Part shown: positions 26,232 to 39,345 of the stretch, one piece after another
Layout of the letters: every line of letters begins with the position of its first letter
Position numbering within the stretch: position 1 is the stretch's first letter
NCBI RefSeq assembly: GCF_963921235.1
Contig: NC_086100.1
Coordinates: 203,796,001 to 203,860,000 of the forward strand
Length of the DNA stretch: 64,000 nt
Direction: 5' to 3'
Source of the DNA: Mobula hypostoma
Taxonomy: Eukaryota
Translations under genes and position numbers: made by a program
Notes under the pieces: generated by a model
The model's input: only the letters and a program-made list of their open reading frames with translations
What the model was told of the DNA's origin: nothing
Databases searched by the model: none

Positions 26232-26679
26232 TCCGTTAGTCTCACAAGACCATGGATCTGCGACTGGATGTATACTATCAATCTCTCGCGTGAGTGAAAG
26301 TGAGTGACATCACCACCTTACGTGATCTTAGATCAGCTTAACTGATCTGAGGACAGCAACGATGAGACGCTGACAATGAACAAAGTATAGAATGGATCTG
26401 ACAGAGTTTATAACTTTATTGCTGCGTGGGTGCTATGGTAATTGGGGGCTCTGTTTCACTAGATCAACTGGAGAAACAAGCTGTATTCAAAACTATATAG
26501 AGAAAACAAAGCAGTTCAATTTGCATGTGAAATTTCAGTTAATTTCTTGGTGGTGCTACGCTGGTGCTATTGCAATTTCTGCTGGGGCTATAGCCCCAGC
26601 TAGCACCACCTTAGGGCCGCCACTGTTGGAGATTTAGTTGATGTTTCTGTTGCACTGGGCTTTTACGGAATGGGGTTGT

Positions 26680-27466
26680 CACATGGTGTGAGCAGAATTA
26701 TCTGCAGCTTAATGTGAAAAAGACTAAGGAGCTGGTGGTAGACCTGAGGAGAGCTAAGGTACTGGTGACCCCTGTTTCCATCCAGGGGGTCAGTGTGGAC
26801 ATGGTGGAAGATTACAAATACCCGGGGATACGAATTGACAATAAACTGGACTGGTCAAAGAACACTGAGGCTGTCTACAAGAAGGGTCAGAGCCGTCTCT
26901 ATTTCCTGAGGAGACTGAGGTCCTTTAACATCTGCCGGACGATGCTGAGGATGTTCTACGAGTCTGTGGTGGCCAGTGCTGTCATGTTTGCTGTTGTGTG
27001 CTGGGGCAGCAGGCTGAGGGTAGCAGACACCAACAGAATCAACAAACTTATTCGTAAGGCCAGTGATGTTGTGGGGATGGAACTGGACTCTCTCACGGTG
27101 GTGTCTGAAAAGAGGATGCTGTCCAAGTTGCATGCCATCTTGGACAATGTCTCCCATCCACTACATAATGAACTGGGTGGGCACAGGGGTACATTCAGCC
27201 AGAGACTCATTCCACCGAGATGCAACACAGAGCGTCATAGGAAGTCATTCCTGCCTGTGGCCATCAAACTTTACAACTCCTCCCTTGGAGGGTCAGACAC
27301 CCTGAGCCAACAGGCTGGTCCTGGACTTATTTCATAATTTACTGGCATAATTTACATATTACTATTTAACTATTTATGGTTTTATTACTATTTATTATTT
27401 ATGGTGCAACTGTAACGAAAACCAATTTCCCCCGTGATCAATAAAGTATGACTATGACTATGACTA
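26680..27466 (+). mobile_element. 5'-truncated Rex1/Babar LINE, little decayed
   Basis: Open ORF 26714-27337 (KTKELVVDLRR...QSRLYFLRRLRSF...HPLH), then AATAAA and an (ATGACT)n tail. Confidence 0.9.
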
Positions 27467-27520
27467 GACCCATGCCCGACCCTCCTCCTATGGCAGCCGG
27501 GCTTAGGCAGTCCATTGTCG

Positions 27521-27719
27521 AGTTTTCATTTCTGTTCCGACCTGTTGAATGAGTTTCTGTATCCACACTGACATGGAAACTGCCACAATTCTTTCCCGCT
27601 GAACAGACGCAGCGACATAATGTTCATTGCCCGAGTCTGCAGCGCGTGTAGTGGACACTCGCGGTACTGCAGGGGATCCGCAGCTCCCCGAAAGTGAAAA
27701 CATTGCGAATCAGGAAGTG
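27521..27719 (+). promoter_or_regulatory. Candidate interferon-responsive proximal promoter of the TRIM gene
   Basis: GAAAGTGAAA (GAAANNGAAA) at 27690-27699, AGTTTTCATTTC at 27521-27532 and an ETS motif CAGGAAGTG at 27711-27719, in a CpG-rich context. Confidence 0.5.
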
Positions 27720-27731
27720 CTGGGAGTTAAC

Positions 27732-28142
27732 ATGGCTTCGAAAAGACCGGCCGAGAGTTGGACCGAGGAGGTAATTTGTTCCATCTGCCTGGAATTCTTC
27801 ACCGATCCGGTTATCCTGGAGTGTGGGCACAACTTCTGTCGCTCTTGTATCACACTGTGTTGGGATAGGGAGGAGAGAAACTCCTGCCCGGACTGTAGAG
27901 CGGTGTTTGCTGACCGCACCCTCAGGGTCAATCGGGCCTTAGTAAATCTGGCTGAAAAAGCTCGAAACAGAAAAGTGAATCGGAAAGGTAAGGAAATGAA
28001 ACGTCACTGCGAGGACCATGAGGAGGAACTGAAGCTGTTTTGTGAAACGGACAAGACACTCATGTGTCTGATCTGTAGAGATACGCCGAGACACAGAGAG
28101 CACCGCTTCCTGCCGATTAAAGAAGCTGTTACACTCTACGAG
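27732..28142 (+). CDS. TRIM gene coding exon 1: C3HC4 RING and B-box2 (411 bp)
   Basis: AACATGG start context. RING CSIC..CGHNFCRSC..CPDC; B-box CEDH..C..CLIC..H..H; donor GAG|GTAAAA, phase 0. Confidence 0.95.
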
Positions 28143-28169
28143 GTAAAACTAATCCGAATTTGATACTCA

Positions 28170-28730
28170 GCCCATCCTTCATTGTCCACGACACGAGCCT
28201 CCATAAACAACACATCATTCACCCACCTTTCGCGATCTCTAATGGGATTCTACCACGAAGCACATCTTCCCTCCAGAAGCCCACTCCCACCTTCCACCAC
28301 TACGACTCTACGCTCTCGACGTAATTCCCTTATCCACTTGCTCCTCCCCACTGATCTCCCCGACACCGATACCTGCAAACGGGACAAGTGATACACCACT
28401 TCCTCCCTCGTCACCATTCATGACCCCAAACAGCCCCAAATCCCCCCGTTTCCTCCATTGTCCTCTCGTATCAGATTCTTTCTTCTCCAGCTCTTTACCA
28501 CTTCCACCTGTCCCCTCTCAGCCTCTTACTTCATCACCGTCCCCCACGTTCCCCTCACGTTGTCTCACCCGTCACCTGCCAGCTGGTTCCCATCCCCAAC
28601 CTTTTTATTCTGGCTTCTGCCCCATTCATTTCCAGTCCTAATGAAGGGTCTCATCCCTAAACGTCGACTGTTCATTCCCCCTGCACAGATGCTGCCTGAC
28701 TCGCTGAATTCCTCCGGCATTTTGTGCGAT
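28170..28730 (+). mobile_element. Penelope-like fragment in TRIM intron 1
   Basis: Decayed TTKHIFPP...SLIHLLLPTDLP...CKR plus a terminal repeat with a degenerate hammerhead motif near 28635. Confidence 0.6.
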
Positions 28731-28801
28731 AATCGGGTTTGATCACTTGTTTCTTTCATTGTTGTTTTTTCTTTCAATTTCCTTTGCACCCTGACTTCCA
28801 G

Positions 28802-28897
28802 GATCAGCTAAAATCTTCCTTAGACTCTCTCACAAAAAAGAAATCAGACTTCCTGAAAAAGGAACAGCAACAGAAAGAGAAGATTTCTGGAGTTCGG
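28802..28897 (+). CDS. TRIM exon 2, coiled coil (96 bp; DQLKSSLDSL...ISGVR)
   Basis: TTCCAG acceptor and CGG|GTGAGG donor; a 96-bp phase 0-0 exon is typical of class IV TRIMs. Confidence 0.92.
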
Positions 28898-28969
28898 GTG
28901 AGGCTTCCTGAGTGGAATTTCTGATATTACTGTTTAGTTTTGCTGCTCCCATTAATGCAGAATAGCAGA

Positions 28970-29096
28970 GTATTGAAGATCCAGTGACCTGGGTCCGATA
29001 CTGAACTCTGGTGCTGTCTGTGTGGAGTTTGCATGTTTCTCTGTGACCACGACAGTTTCAGACACATCCCAAAGACATGCTGGATGAATGGTTAAT
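28970..29096 (+). mobile_element. HE1/V-SINE-like fragment interrupted by CR1
   Basis: GTGTGGAGTTTGCATGTT...CACATCCCAAAGAC resembles the V-SINE central domain. Confidence 0.55.
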
Positions 29097-31922
29097 TGCA
29101 AAGGTGATGAACTGAGAGCTTGGATACATACATGGAATTATGATGTAGTGGCCATTACAGAGACTTGGCTGGCACCAGGGCAGGAATGGATTCCCAATAT
29201 TCCTGGATTTCAGTGCTTTAAAAGAGATAGAGAGGGGGGGAACAGGGGAGGAGGGGTGGCATTACTGGTCGGGGATACTATTACAGCTAAAGAAAGGGTG
29301 GATAATGTAGCAGGATCCTCTTTTGAGTCAGTGTGGGTGGAAGTCAGGAACAGGAAGGGAGCAGTTACTCTATTGGGAGTATTCTATAGGCCCCCTGGTA
29401 GCAGCAGAAATACCGAGGAGCAGATTGGGCAGCAGATTTTGGAATGGTGCAAAAATAACAGGGTTGTTATCATGGGTGACTTTAACTTCCCTAATATTGA
29501 TTGGCACCTGATTAGTTCCAAGGGTTTGCATGGGGCAGAGTTTGTTAAGTGTGTCCAGGACGGATTCCTGTCACAGTATGTGGACAAGCCGACTAGGGGG
29601 AATGCCATACTAGATCCAGTATTAGGTAACGAACTGGGCCAGGTCACCGATCTCTCAGTGGGTGAGCATCTGGGGGACAGTGACCACCACTCCCTGGCGT
29701 TCAGCATTATCATGGAAAAGGATAGAATCAGAGAGGACCAGAAAATTTTTAATTGGGGAAAGGCAAGTTATGAGGCTATAAGGCTAGAACTTGCGGGTGT
29801 GAATTGGGATGATGTTTTTGCAGGGAAATGTACTATGGACACGTGGTCGATGTTTACAGATCTCTTGCGGGATGTAAGGGATAAACTTGTCCCGGTGAGG
29901 AACATAAAGAATGGCAGGGTGACGGAATCATGGGTGACAAGTGAGGTGGAAAATCTAGTCAGGTGGAAGAAGGCAGCATACATGAGGTTCAGGAAGCAAG
30001 GATCAGATGGGTCTATTGAGGAATATAGGGAAGCAAGAAAGGAGCTTAAGAAGGGGCTGAGAAGAGCAAGAAGGGGGCATGAGAAGGCATTGGCGAGTAG
30101 GGTAAAGGAAAACCCCAAGGCATTCTTCAATTATGTGAAGAACAAAAGGATGACAGGAGTGAAGTTAGGGCCGATTAGAGATAAAGGTGGGAAGATGTGC
30201 CTGGAGGCTGTGGAAGTGAGCGAGGTCCTCAATGAAGACTTCTCTTCCGTATTCACCAATGAGAGGGAACTTGATGATGGTGAGGACAATATGAGTGAGG
30301 TTGATGTTCTGGAGCATGTTGACATTCAGGGAGAGGAGGTGTTGGAGTTATTAAAATACATTAGGACGGATAAGTCCCCGGGACCTGACGGAATATTCCC
30401 CAGGCTGCTCCACAAGGCGAGGGAAGAGATTGCTGAGACTTTGGCTAGGATCTTTATGTCCTCGTTGTCTACGGGAATGGTACCGGAGGATTGGAGGGAG
30501 GCGAATGTTGTCACCTTGTTCAAAAAAGGTAGTAGGGATAGACTGGGTAATTATAGACCAGTGAGCCTTAAGTCTGTGGTGGGAAAGCCATTGGATAAGA
30601 TTCTTAGAGATGGGATCTATGGGCATTTAGAGAATCATGGTCTGATCAGGGACAGTCAGCATGGCTTTGTGAAGGGCAGATCGTGTCTCACAAACCTGAT
30701 AGAGTTCTTTGAGGAGGTGACCAGGCATATAGATGAGGCTAGTGCAGTGGATGTGATATATATGGATTTTAGTAAGGCATTTGACAAGGTTCCACATGGT
30801 AGGCTTATTCAGAAAGTCAGAAGGCATGGGATCCAGGGAAGTTTGGCCAGGCGGTTTCAGAATTGGCTTGCCTGCAGAAGGCAGAGGGTCGTGGTGGAGG
30901 GAGTACATTCAGATTGCAGGATTGTGACTAGTGGTGTTCCACAATGATCTGTTCTGGGACCTCTACTTTTTGTGATTTTTTATTAATGACCTGGATGTGG
31001 GGGTAGAAGGGTGGGTTGGCAAGTTTTCAGATGACACAAAGGTTGGTGGTATTGTAGATAATGTGGAGGATTGTCGAAGATTGCAGAGAGACATTGATAG
31101 GTTGCGGAAGTGGGCTGAGAAGTGGCAGATGGAGTTGAACCTGGAGAAGTGTGAGGTGGTCCACTTTGGAAGGACAAACTCCAAGGCAGAGTACAAAGTA
31201 AATGGCGGGATACTTGGTAGTGTGGAAGAGCAGAGGGATCTGGGAGTACTTGTCCACAAATCCCTGAAAGTTGCCTCACAGGTAGATAGGGTAGTTAAGA
31301 AAGCTTATGGGGTGTTAGCTTTCATAAGTCAAGGGATAGAGTTTAAGAGTTGCGAGGTAATGATGCAGCTCTATAAAACTCTGGTTAGGCCACACTTGGA
31401 GTATTGTGTCTAGTTCTGGTCACCTCACTATAGGAAGGATGTGGAAGCATTGGATAGGGTACAGAGGAGATTTACAAGAATGCTGCCTGATTTAGAGAGT
31501 ATGGATTATGATCAGAGATTAAGGGAGCTAGGGCTTTACTCTTTGGAGAGAAGGAGGATGAGAGGAGACATGATAGAGGTGTACAAGATAATAAGAGGAA
31601 TAGATAGAGTGCATAGCCAACGCCTCTTCCCCAGGGCACCACTGCTCAATACAAGAGGACATGGCTTTAAGGTAAGGGGTGGGAAGTTCAAGGGGGATAT
31701 TAGAGGAAGGTTTTTTACTCAGAGAGTGGTTGGTGCATGGAATACACTGCCTGAGTCAGTGGTGGAGGCAGATACACTAGTGAAGTTTAAGAGACTACTG
31801 GACAGATATACGGAAGAACTTAAGTTTTGGGGGTTATATGGGAGGCAGAGTTTGAGGGTCGGCACAACAATGTGGGCCAAAGGGCCTGTACTGTACTGTA
31901 CTCTTCTATGTTGTATGTTCTA
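29097..31922 (+). mobile_element. CR1 LINE ORF2 (endonuclease and RT) in TRIM intron 2
   Basis: ORF 29088-30947 (AITETWL, YRPP, GDFN, SDH, RT), then 30997-31413 and 31441-31926, with stops at 30945 and 31411. Confidence 0.95.
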
Positions 31923-32137
31923 TTAACTCTCTGAAGGTTGGAAATTGTGTATGTGAATCAGGTGGGAGTTAATGGGTCAATGAGGGAGAATAGATTTCAG
32001 GAAAACGTGAGGGAATGTGGTTGAAGCGAATGTCTCAGCACTAGCATGGACTTTAATGGACCAAATTTTCACCTTAATGTCATGAAAAAATACAACACAA
32101 CAATACAATAAATTAATTTTCACCTTTCATTCGACAG

Positions 32138-32371
32138 GAACAGTCACACAGCCTTCAGTCCAACATCACATCCCAGTTTTCTGAACTGCGCCGGTTTATC
32201 ACTGAGAAAGAGCAGAGTTTACTCAGGGATCTCAGGACGGAAGTGGCGAGGATTCTAAATCCAATGGAGAAAAATCTTCGGGAGATTCAAGAGAATATAA
32301 GGACTATTCAGGAAGAAATCTCAAAGTTAAAGGAACAGATGGATCAAAAAGACAGTGTGATATTTCTCAAG
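32138..32371 (+). CDS. TRIM exon 3, coiled coil (234 bp; EQSHSLQSNITSQFSELRRFITEKEQSLL...SVIFLK)
   Basis: GACAG acceptor and AAG|GTGAGG donor; open frame with the F.EL..F..E.E..LL pattern. Confidence 0.92.
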
Positions 32372-33619
32372 GTGAGGGAATGTATTTAAATCTGTTTTTG
32401 TCAAAGGGCACTGAATGAACAGTGGTATATTTGAAATCAACACAGTACAGCAGCCAATGAAGGTCAGCGGCTGGTGACCTTGCGTAGATTGTTGTACTTG
32501 CATGACGCGCCCTCCAATCACTCCAATAATGACTTTCAAAAATGTCGAAGATATGCATTCAATCCTTTATCAGCAAGATACAACCTTGAAGCAAAGAAAC
32601 TTAAGCGTAACTAATCGTAATTAAGCAGCAATGAAGCGGTGAACAAATGATATGACATCTATCCGTCCCCAGCTCAAAACTGCCCAAAACAAAGCACGAA
32701 TATGTAACTTATTCCCTTTGCTTTTACCACGTTCCCACTTACGTGACTAGTTACCATAATAAACACACAACACAGAATTGATTTACTCAGATCATAACAC
32801 AGAGCTGCGGGTTCTGTCCTTAATTACCACATTAAATATTCCTCTAAAACTCCCATTAACACCAATTCCAGTCACAGGCTGTGAGTGTGTCTGGTGCGGT
32901 GGGTGTGAGGGACTCTCTGTCAATCAGTGAGAACAAAGAATGTGACACACACATCAAACCTACCCTCTCTATATGGTTTCCATCAGATTAGGGAATCTTT
33001 CACTGTTTCTTTACTTTTTCAGATAAGTTTCACAGGGAATTATATCCCATTTTCCATCATAACCAGGGAATTCAGTCCATCATCTTCTATCAATTTCTCT
33101 GCTTCACAATCCTCCTCCCTCCTACTCACCACACCCGGCAACAGTCTCCCAACTCCATGGTGCATCCTGTGTTTATCCAGCTTCCCCATTACATTTCGTC
33201 TCTGTTGTTCTGCTGCAACCACTCCTGTGCAGTGAGTTCCACATTCTCCTCACCAAATTTCTTAAGGGGTTTATTAAAATCCAACTGGAGTTTCATCTCC
33301 CCATAGATAGAGATACTTTGTCCACCTGCACACAATTAAATCCATCACTGATCTTCAATTCCTCCATCTTATCACGCTGATGTCATATCCAGATAAAAAA
33401 AGCACAGCCTGTCCTCTCTTTCCTGTAAATTTCATTCTCTCAGTAATGGTCTAACTTTCAGAGACTTTCCATGTAATTTACCCCGTGGTGCTATATTGTT
33501 CGTGTGTGTGAGTGACTGCAGGAGTGGGAATTTTCAACACCTTGTAATGATTTGGATGGAATTCAGGATGTGGACAGTAAGTCCAACTCTAATTGGATTT
33601 GTGTTTTTATTTATTTCAG

Positions 33620-33642
33620 GAGGAAGCTCGTCGGAAGAGGAG
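33620..33642 (+). CDS. TRIM exon 4 (23 bp; EEARRKR)
   Basis: TTATTTCAG acceptor and AG|GTAGGA donor; a 23-bp micro-exon is characteristic of class IV TRIMs. Confidence 0.88.
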
Positions 33643-33729
33643 GTAGGACATGCTCTTTACTGAAACCCTGTATGGATTTGTAAAATAGTTCAAAATAGCA
33701 GTTTATAACCAGCAGTTCAATATTTACAG

Positions 33730-33848
33730 AATTGGTGACAATGTCCAGGATTTGTCAGTGACAGATGAGGCCCTACCAGTTGAAAAGTTCGATCACCCCT
33801 ATTTGTTGAACCCAGTGCTGAGAGAAACACTTGCTGCCATTAATCGAG
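33730..33848 (+). CDS. TRIM exon 5, linker (119 bp; IGDNVQDLSVTDEALPVEKFDHPYLLNPVLRETLAAINR)
   Basis: TTTACAG acceptor after an 87-bp intron and G|GTAAAA donor in phase 1; frame is continuous with exons 4 and 6. Confidence 0.88.
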
Positions 33849-34659
33849 GTAAAACTTACAAAGATTCATTTCTTCTTGTTTATGAGACTCAATTTAGTTC
33901 CAATTTGAGTTAAAGGTTGACTGTAGTACTGGGCTGAAAGGGAACTGAAATGTATTCCACATCAACCCCACCGACTGGGAGGCATCACTGTCACACGGTC
34001 AGCTGGAGATGTCAGTCCCCTGAACACACCAGCACAGAGTCACGATACAACCAATACACGGACTGGCAAATGAACCACTGTGTCCTGATCCCAGGCACAC
34101 TGCACTAACATGCCAAGACATGAGTTTGAATCTTACCACAGGATTGGGAAATTAATACTGATCTGATGATATTGTAGGGAATAAAAGTGGGTATCATTGT
34201 GGTGACTGTGATTGCCAGAAAAATACACAAGTCCTTCATGAGCCTGTGAGTGCAGACTCTGATTGTCGCAGGTCTTCTGGATCAGCAGCTCTCACTGTTG
34301 TGAGAGGCAGAAGAGGGGACTGGTAGAGATAGGGGACTCAATCATCAGGGGAGCAGACAGGGAAATCTGTGGATGTGAATGGGACACCCGAATGGCATGT
34401 TGCCTCCGAGGTGCCAGGGTCAGGGACGACTTAGATCATGTCTGCATCATTTTAGAGAGGGAGAGAAAAGAGCCAGATATCTTGGTATATTGTGGGACCA
34501 ATAACATTGGAAGTCAAAGCAAAGAGGTCCTGAAAATAGAATTTGGAGAGCTTGGTAGAAATCTCAGAGTAGTACCTCCAGGGTTGTAATTTCTGGATTG
34601 CTGCCTGTGCCACATGCTGGTGAGGGGAGAAGCAGGACAATTTGGCAGATTAAAGATAG

Positions 34660-36637
34660 TTGAGAAGACAGGACTTCAGGTATAGGAAGCAGGGAGTAAA
34701 TAAGGTGCTTGAGGAGTAGAAGAAGTGCAAGAAAATACTTAAGAAAGAAATCAGGAGGGCTAAAACAAGACATGAGGTTGCCTTGGCAGTCAGAGTGAAG
34801 GATAATCCAAAGAGCTTTTACAGGTATATTAAGAGCAAAAGGATTGTAAGGGATAAAATTGGTCCTCTTGAAGATCAGAGTGGTCGGCTGTGTGCGGAAC
34901 CAAAGGAAATGGGGGAGATCTTAAATAGGCTTTTTGCGTCTGTATTTACTAAGGAAACTGGCATGAAGTCTATGGAATTAAGGGAATAAGTAGTGAGATC
35001 ATGGAAACTGTACAGATCGAAAAGGAGGAGGTGCTTGCTGTCTTGAGGAAAATTAAAGTGGATAAATTCCTGGGACCTGACAGGGTGTTCCCTCGGACCT
35101 TGAAGGAGACTAGTGTTGAAATTGCAGGGGCCCTGGCAGAAATATTTAAAATGTCGCTGTCTACAGGTGAGGTGCCGGAGGATTGGAGAGTGGCTCATGT
35201 TGTTCCGTTGTTTAAAAAAAGATCAAAAAGTAATCCGGGAAATTATAGGCCAGTAAGTTTAACGTCGGTAGTAGGTAAGTTATTGGAGGGAGTACTAAGA
35301 GACAGAATCTACAAGCATTTGGATAGATAGGGACTTATTAGGGAGAGTCAACATGGCTTTGTGCGTGGTAGGTCATGTTTGACCAATCTATTGGAGTTTT
35401 TCGAGGAGGTTACCAGGAAAGTGGATGAAGGGAAGGCAGTGGATATTGTCTACATGGACTTCAGTAAGGCCTTTGACAAGGTCCCGCATGGGAGGTTAGT
35501 TAGGAAAATTCAGTCGCTAGGTATACATGGAGAGGTGGTAAATTGGATTAGACATTGGCTCAATGGAAGAAGCCAAAGAGTGGTAGTAGAGAATTGCTTC
35601 TCCGAGTGGAGGCCTGTGACTAGTGGTGCGCCACAGGGATCAGTGCTGGGTCCATTGTTATTTGTCATCTATATCAATGATCTGGATGATAATGTGGTAA
35701 ATTGGATCAGCAAATTTGCTGATGATACAAAGATTGGAGGTGTAGTAGACAGTGAGGAAGGTTTTCAGAGCCTGCAGAGGGACTTGGACCAGCTGGAAAA
35801 ATGGGCTGAAAAATGGCAGATGGAGTTTAATACTGACAAGTGTGAGGTATTGCACGTTGGAAGGACAAACCAAGGTAGAACATACAGGGTTAATGGTATG
35901 GCACTGAGGAGTGCAGTGGAACAGGGGGATCTGGGAATACAGATACAAAATTCCCTAAAAGTGGCGTCACAGGCAGATAGGGTCATAAAGAGAGCTTTTG
36001 GTACATTGGCCTTTATTAATCAAAGTATTGAGTATAAGAGCTGGAATGTTATGATGAGGTTGTATAAGGCATTGGTGAGGCCGAATCTGGAGTATTGTGT
36101 TCAGTTTTGGTCACCAAATTACAGGAAGGATATAAATAAGGTTGAAAGAGTGCAGAGAAGGTTTACAAGGATGTTGCCGGGACTTGAGAAACTCAGTTAC
36201 AGAGAAAGGTTGAATAGGTTAAGACTTTATTCCCTGGAGCGTAGAAGAATGAGGGGAGATTTGATAGAGGTATATAAAATTATGATGGGTATAGATAGAG
36301 TGAATGCAAGCAGGCTTTTTCCACTGAGGCAAGGGGAGAAAAAAACAGAGGACATGGGTTAAGGGTGAGGGGGGAAAAGTTTAAAGGGAACATTAGTGGG
36401 GGCTTCTTCACACAGAGAGTGGTGGGAGTATGGAATGAGCTGCCAGACGAGGTGGTAAATGCGGGTTCTTTTTTAACATTTAGGAATAAATTGGACAGAT
36501 ACATGGATGGGAGGTGTATGGAGGGATATGGTCGGTGTGCAGGTCAGTGGGACTAGGCAGAAAATGGTTCAGCACAGCCAAGAAGGGCCAAAAGGTCTGT
36601 TTCTGTGCTGTAGTTTCTATGGTTTCTATGGTTTCTA
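34660..36637 (+). mobile_element. Younger 5'-truncated CR1 LINE
   Basis: ORFs 35001-35330 and 35361-36362 have intact RT motifs; (TTTCTATGG)n tail. Confidence 0.95.
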
Positions 36638-37828
36638 TTTAGATCATTGGGATCTCTTCTGGTGGAGGTATGACCTGCTCAGAAGGGACGTTTTGCACCT
36701 GGACCTGTGGGAGAACAATATTCTCACAGCGAGGTTTGAAAGAGCTGATGGGGAGGGTTTAAACTAATTTGGTGGTGTCGGGGATTGGGAACTGGAGTGA
36801 AGGGATAGGACTGATGGTAAAAATGCAAAATAACATGCAGTCAGACGGTCAGAAAGGGCGGACAGATGAGAGAACAAAATTGCAGCCAGCAGGGTGAGTA
36901 TCAGTGCATTAGGATGCAGAATAAAAATGGTTGCAAATACAGTATACAAAGTATTAAATCTCAGTGCATGGAGTATAAGAATTAAAGAGGATGATCTTGA
37001 TGCTTGATTACAGATTGCCAGGTATGGTGTTGTGGGCATCACTGAATCGTGGCTGAAGGATGGTTGTAGTTGGAGCTGAATGTATTGGTGGTATCGGAAG
37101 GTAGGCAGAGGGGGTGGCGTGGCTCTGCTGGTAAATCAGTAAAAGGACATGATGTAGGATTTGGAAGATGTTGAATCCTTGTGGTTTGAGTTAAGGAACT
37201 GCAAATGTAAAGATGAGACTGATGGCAGTCAGTTACAGGCATCTCAACAGTAGGCGGAAAGTGGGCCACAGGTTACAACTGAAAATAGAAAAGGCCGATG
37301 TAAAGCTATAATAGTCATGGGAAATTTCAACATGCAGGTCAAATGGGAAAATTAGGTTGGTAATGAATCTCAAAAGAGTGAATTTGTTGAATGCCATGTG
37401 ATGGCAGTTTGTTGTTGAGCCTACTAGGAGATCAGCTCTACTGGATTGGGTGTTATGTATTGAACCAGAGGCAATTGGGTAAAAGAACCCTCAGGAGGCA
37501 GTGCTCACAACATGACAGAGTTCAATTTGAAATTTGATAAGATAAAAGTAAGGTCTGATGTTGTAGTATTTCAGAGTTAAAGAAATTACAGTGGTCTGAG
37601 AGAGGAGTTGGCCAAAGGAAATTTGAAGAAGATGCTGGCAGGGATGACAGCAGAGCAGAAATTGTGACTGTTTCAAAGAAAATGAGGAAGGTGAAGGATA
37701 GATGTATTCCAAAATATTCAAATGGCAAAATAGTACAACCGTGCCTGACAAGGGAAGACAAGCTAAATTAAAAGCAAAAGAGAGTGCAAACAACAAAGCA
37801 AAAATTAGCAGGAAGACAGAGGATTGGG

Positions 37829-38937
37829 AACATAGAACATAAAACATAGAATAGTACAGCATAGTACAGGCCCTTTGGCCCACAATGTTGTGCCGACCCT
37901 CAAACCCTGCCCCCCATATAACCCCCCACCTTAAATTCCTTCATATACCTGTCTAGTAGTCTCTTAAATTTCACTAGTGTATCTGCCTCCACCACTGACT
38001 CAGGCAGTGCATTCCACGCACCAACCACTCTCTGAGTAAAAAACTTTCCTCTAATATCCCCCTTGAACTTCCCACCCCTTACCTTAAAGCCATGTCCTCT
38101 TGTATTGAGCAGTGGTGCCCTGGGGAAGAGGTGCTGGCTATCTACTCTATCTATTCCTCTTATTATCTTGTATACCTCTATCACATCTTCTCTCATCCTC
38201 CTTCTCGCCAAAGAGTAAAGCCCTAGCTCCCTTAATCTCTGATCATAATGCATACTCCCTAAACCAGGCAGCATCCTGGTAAATCTCCTCTGTACCCTTT
38301 CCAATGCTTCCATATCCTTCCTATACTGAGGCGAGCAGAACTGGACACAGTACTCCAAGTGTGGCCTAACCAGAGTTTTATACAACTGCATCATAACCTC
38401 GCGACTCTTAAACTCTATCCCTCGACTTATGAAAGCTAATGCCCCATAAGCTTTCTTCACTACCCTATCTACGTGTGAGGCAACTTTCAGGGATCTGTGG
38501 ACATGTACCCCCAGATCCCTCTGCTCCTCCACACTACCAAGTATCCTGCCATTTACTTTGTACTCTGCCTTGGAGTTTGTCCTTCCAAAGTGTACCACCT
38601 CACACTTCTCCGGGTTGAACTCCATCTGCCACTTCTCAGCCCACTTCTGCACCCTATCAATGTCTCTCTGCAATCTTCGACAATCCTGTACACTACCTAC
38701 AACACCACCAACCTTTGTGTCGTGTGCAAACTTGCCAACCCACCCTTCTACCCCCACATCCAGGTCGTTAATAAAAATCACAAAAAGTAGAGGTCCCAGA
38801 ACAGATCCTTGTGGGACACCACTAGTTACAACCCTCCAATCCGAATGTTCTCCCTCCACCATGGCCCTCTGCCTTCTGCAGGCAAGCCAATTCTGAATCC
38901 ATCTGGCCAAACTTCCCTGGATCCCATGCCTTCTGAT
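37829..38937 (-). mobile_element. Younger 5'-truncated CR1 LINE
   Basis: ORF 37900-38910; same subfamily as 29097-31922. Confidence 0.95.
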
Positions 38938-39002
38938 GTAGCTTTTAAATACCTACAGGGAGCAACTAAAAGAATTATTGGGAGAGGAGAAATGAAATAT
39001 AA

Positions 39003-39345
39003 AATTGAAATGAATTGAATTGAATTGACTTTGTCACTTACATCCTTCATGTACATGCGGAGTAAAAATCTTTACATTACGTCTTTGTCTAAATGTGTAA
39101 TTTATAGTAATTTATGATAAATGATATGTATAACATGCTGGTCAATATGACATAGAAATACAGTTGTCTCGGCATGAGTTAAGCAGTCTGATGGCCTGGT
39201 GGAAGAAGATCTCCCCGGACCCTGTTGGTCCTGGTTTTTATGCTACAGTACCATTTCCTGTATGGTAGCAACTGGTACAGTTTGTGGTTGGGGTGACTCA
39301 CATCTCCAATAATCCTTCTGGCGCTTTTTATACGCCCGTCTTTGC
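39003..39345 (-). mobile_element. Rex1-type LINE 3' end
   Basis: Minus-strand ARRIIGDVSHPNHKLYQLLP...KTRTNR with an (AATTG)n tail at about 39003-39027. Confidence 0.7.

Larger units (their letters stand above)
20242..26625 (-). mobile_element. hAT (Tip100/ZMYM1-like) DNA transposon, internally deleted, with a nested CR1
   Basis: TIRs CAGTGGCGG / CCGCCACTG with a perfect 8-bp TSD TTGGAGAT at 20234-20241 and 26626-26633. Transposase pieces: acidic N-terminus from 26142, TTF-type zinc finger (WLEYS...FCFACRHF, 21242-21565) and hAT dimerisation domain (LTLPVTSASCKWSFSCLRRIKNYLR, 20953-21249). Confidence 0.92.

Noticed and set aside
27627..27731. N-terminal extension of the TRIM ORF in the track
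   Set aside because: It starts at a non-ATG codon; the ATG at 27732 has a good Kozak context and the usual MAS start just before the RING.
32927..33330. ORFs within TRIM intron 3 suggesting a nested antisense gene
   Set aside because: The minus strand reads as a decayed CR1 3' end (VRRMWNSL...GKLDKH).
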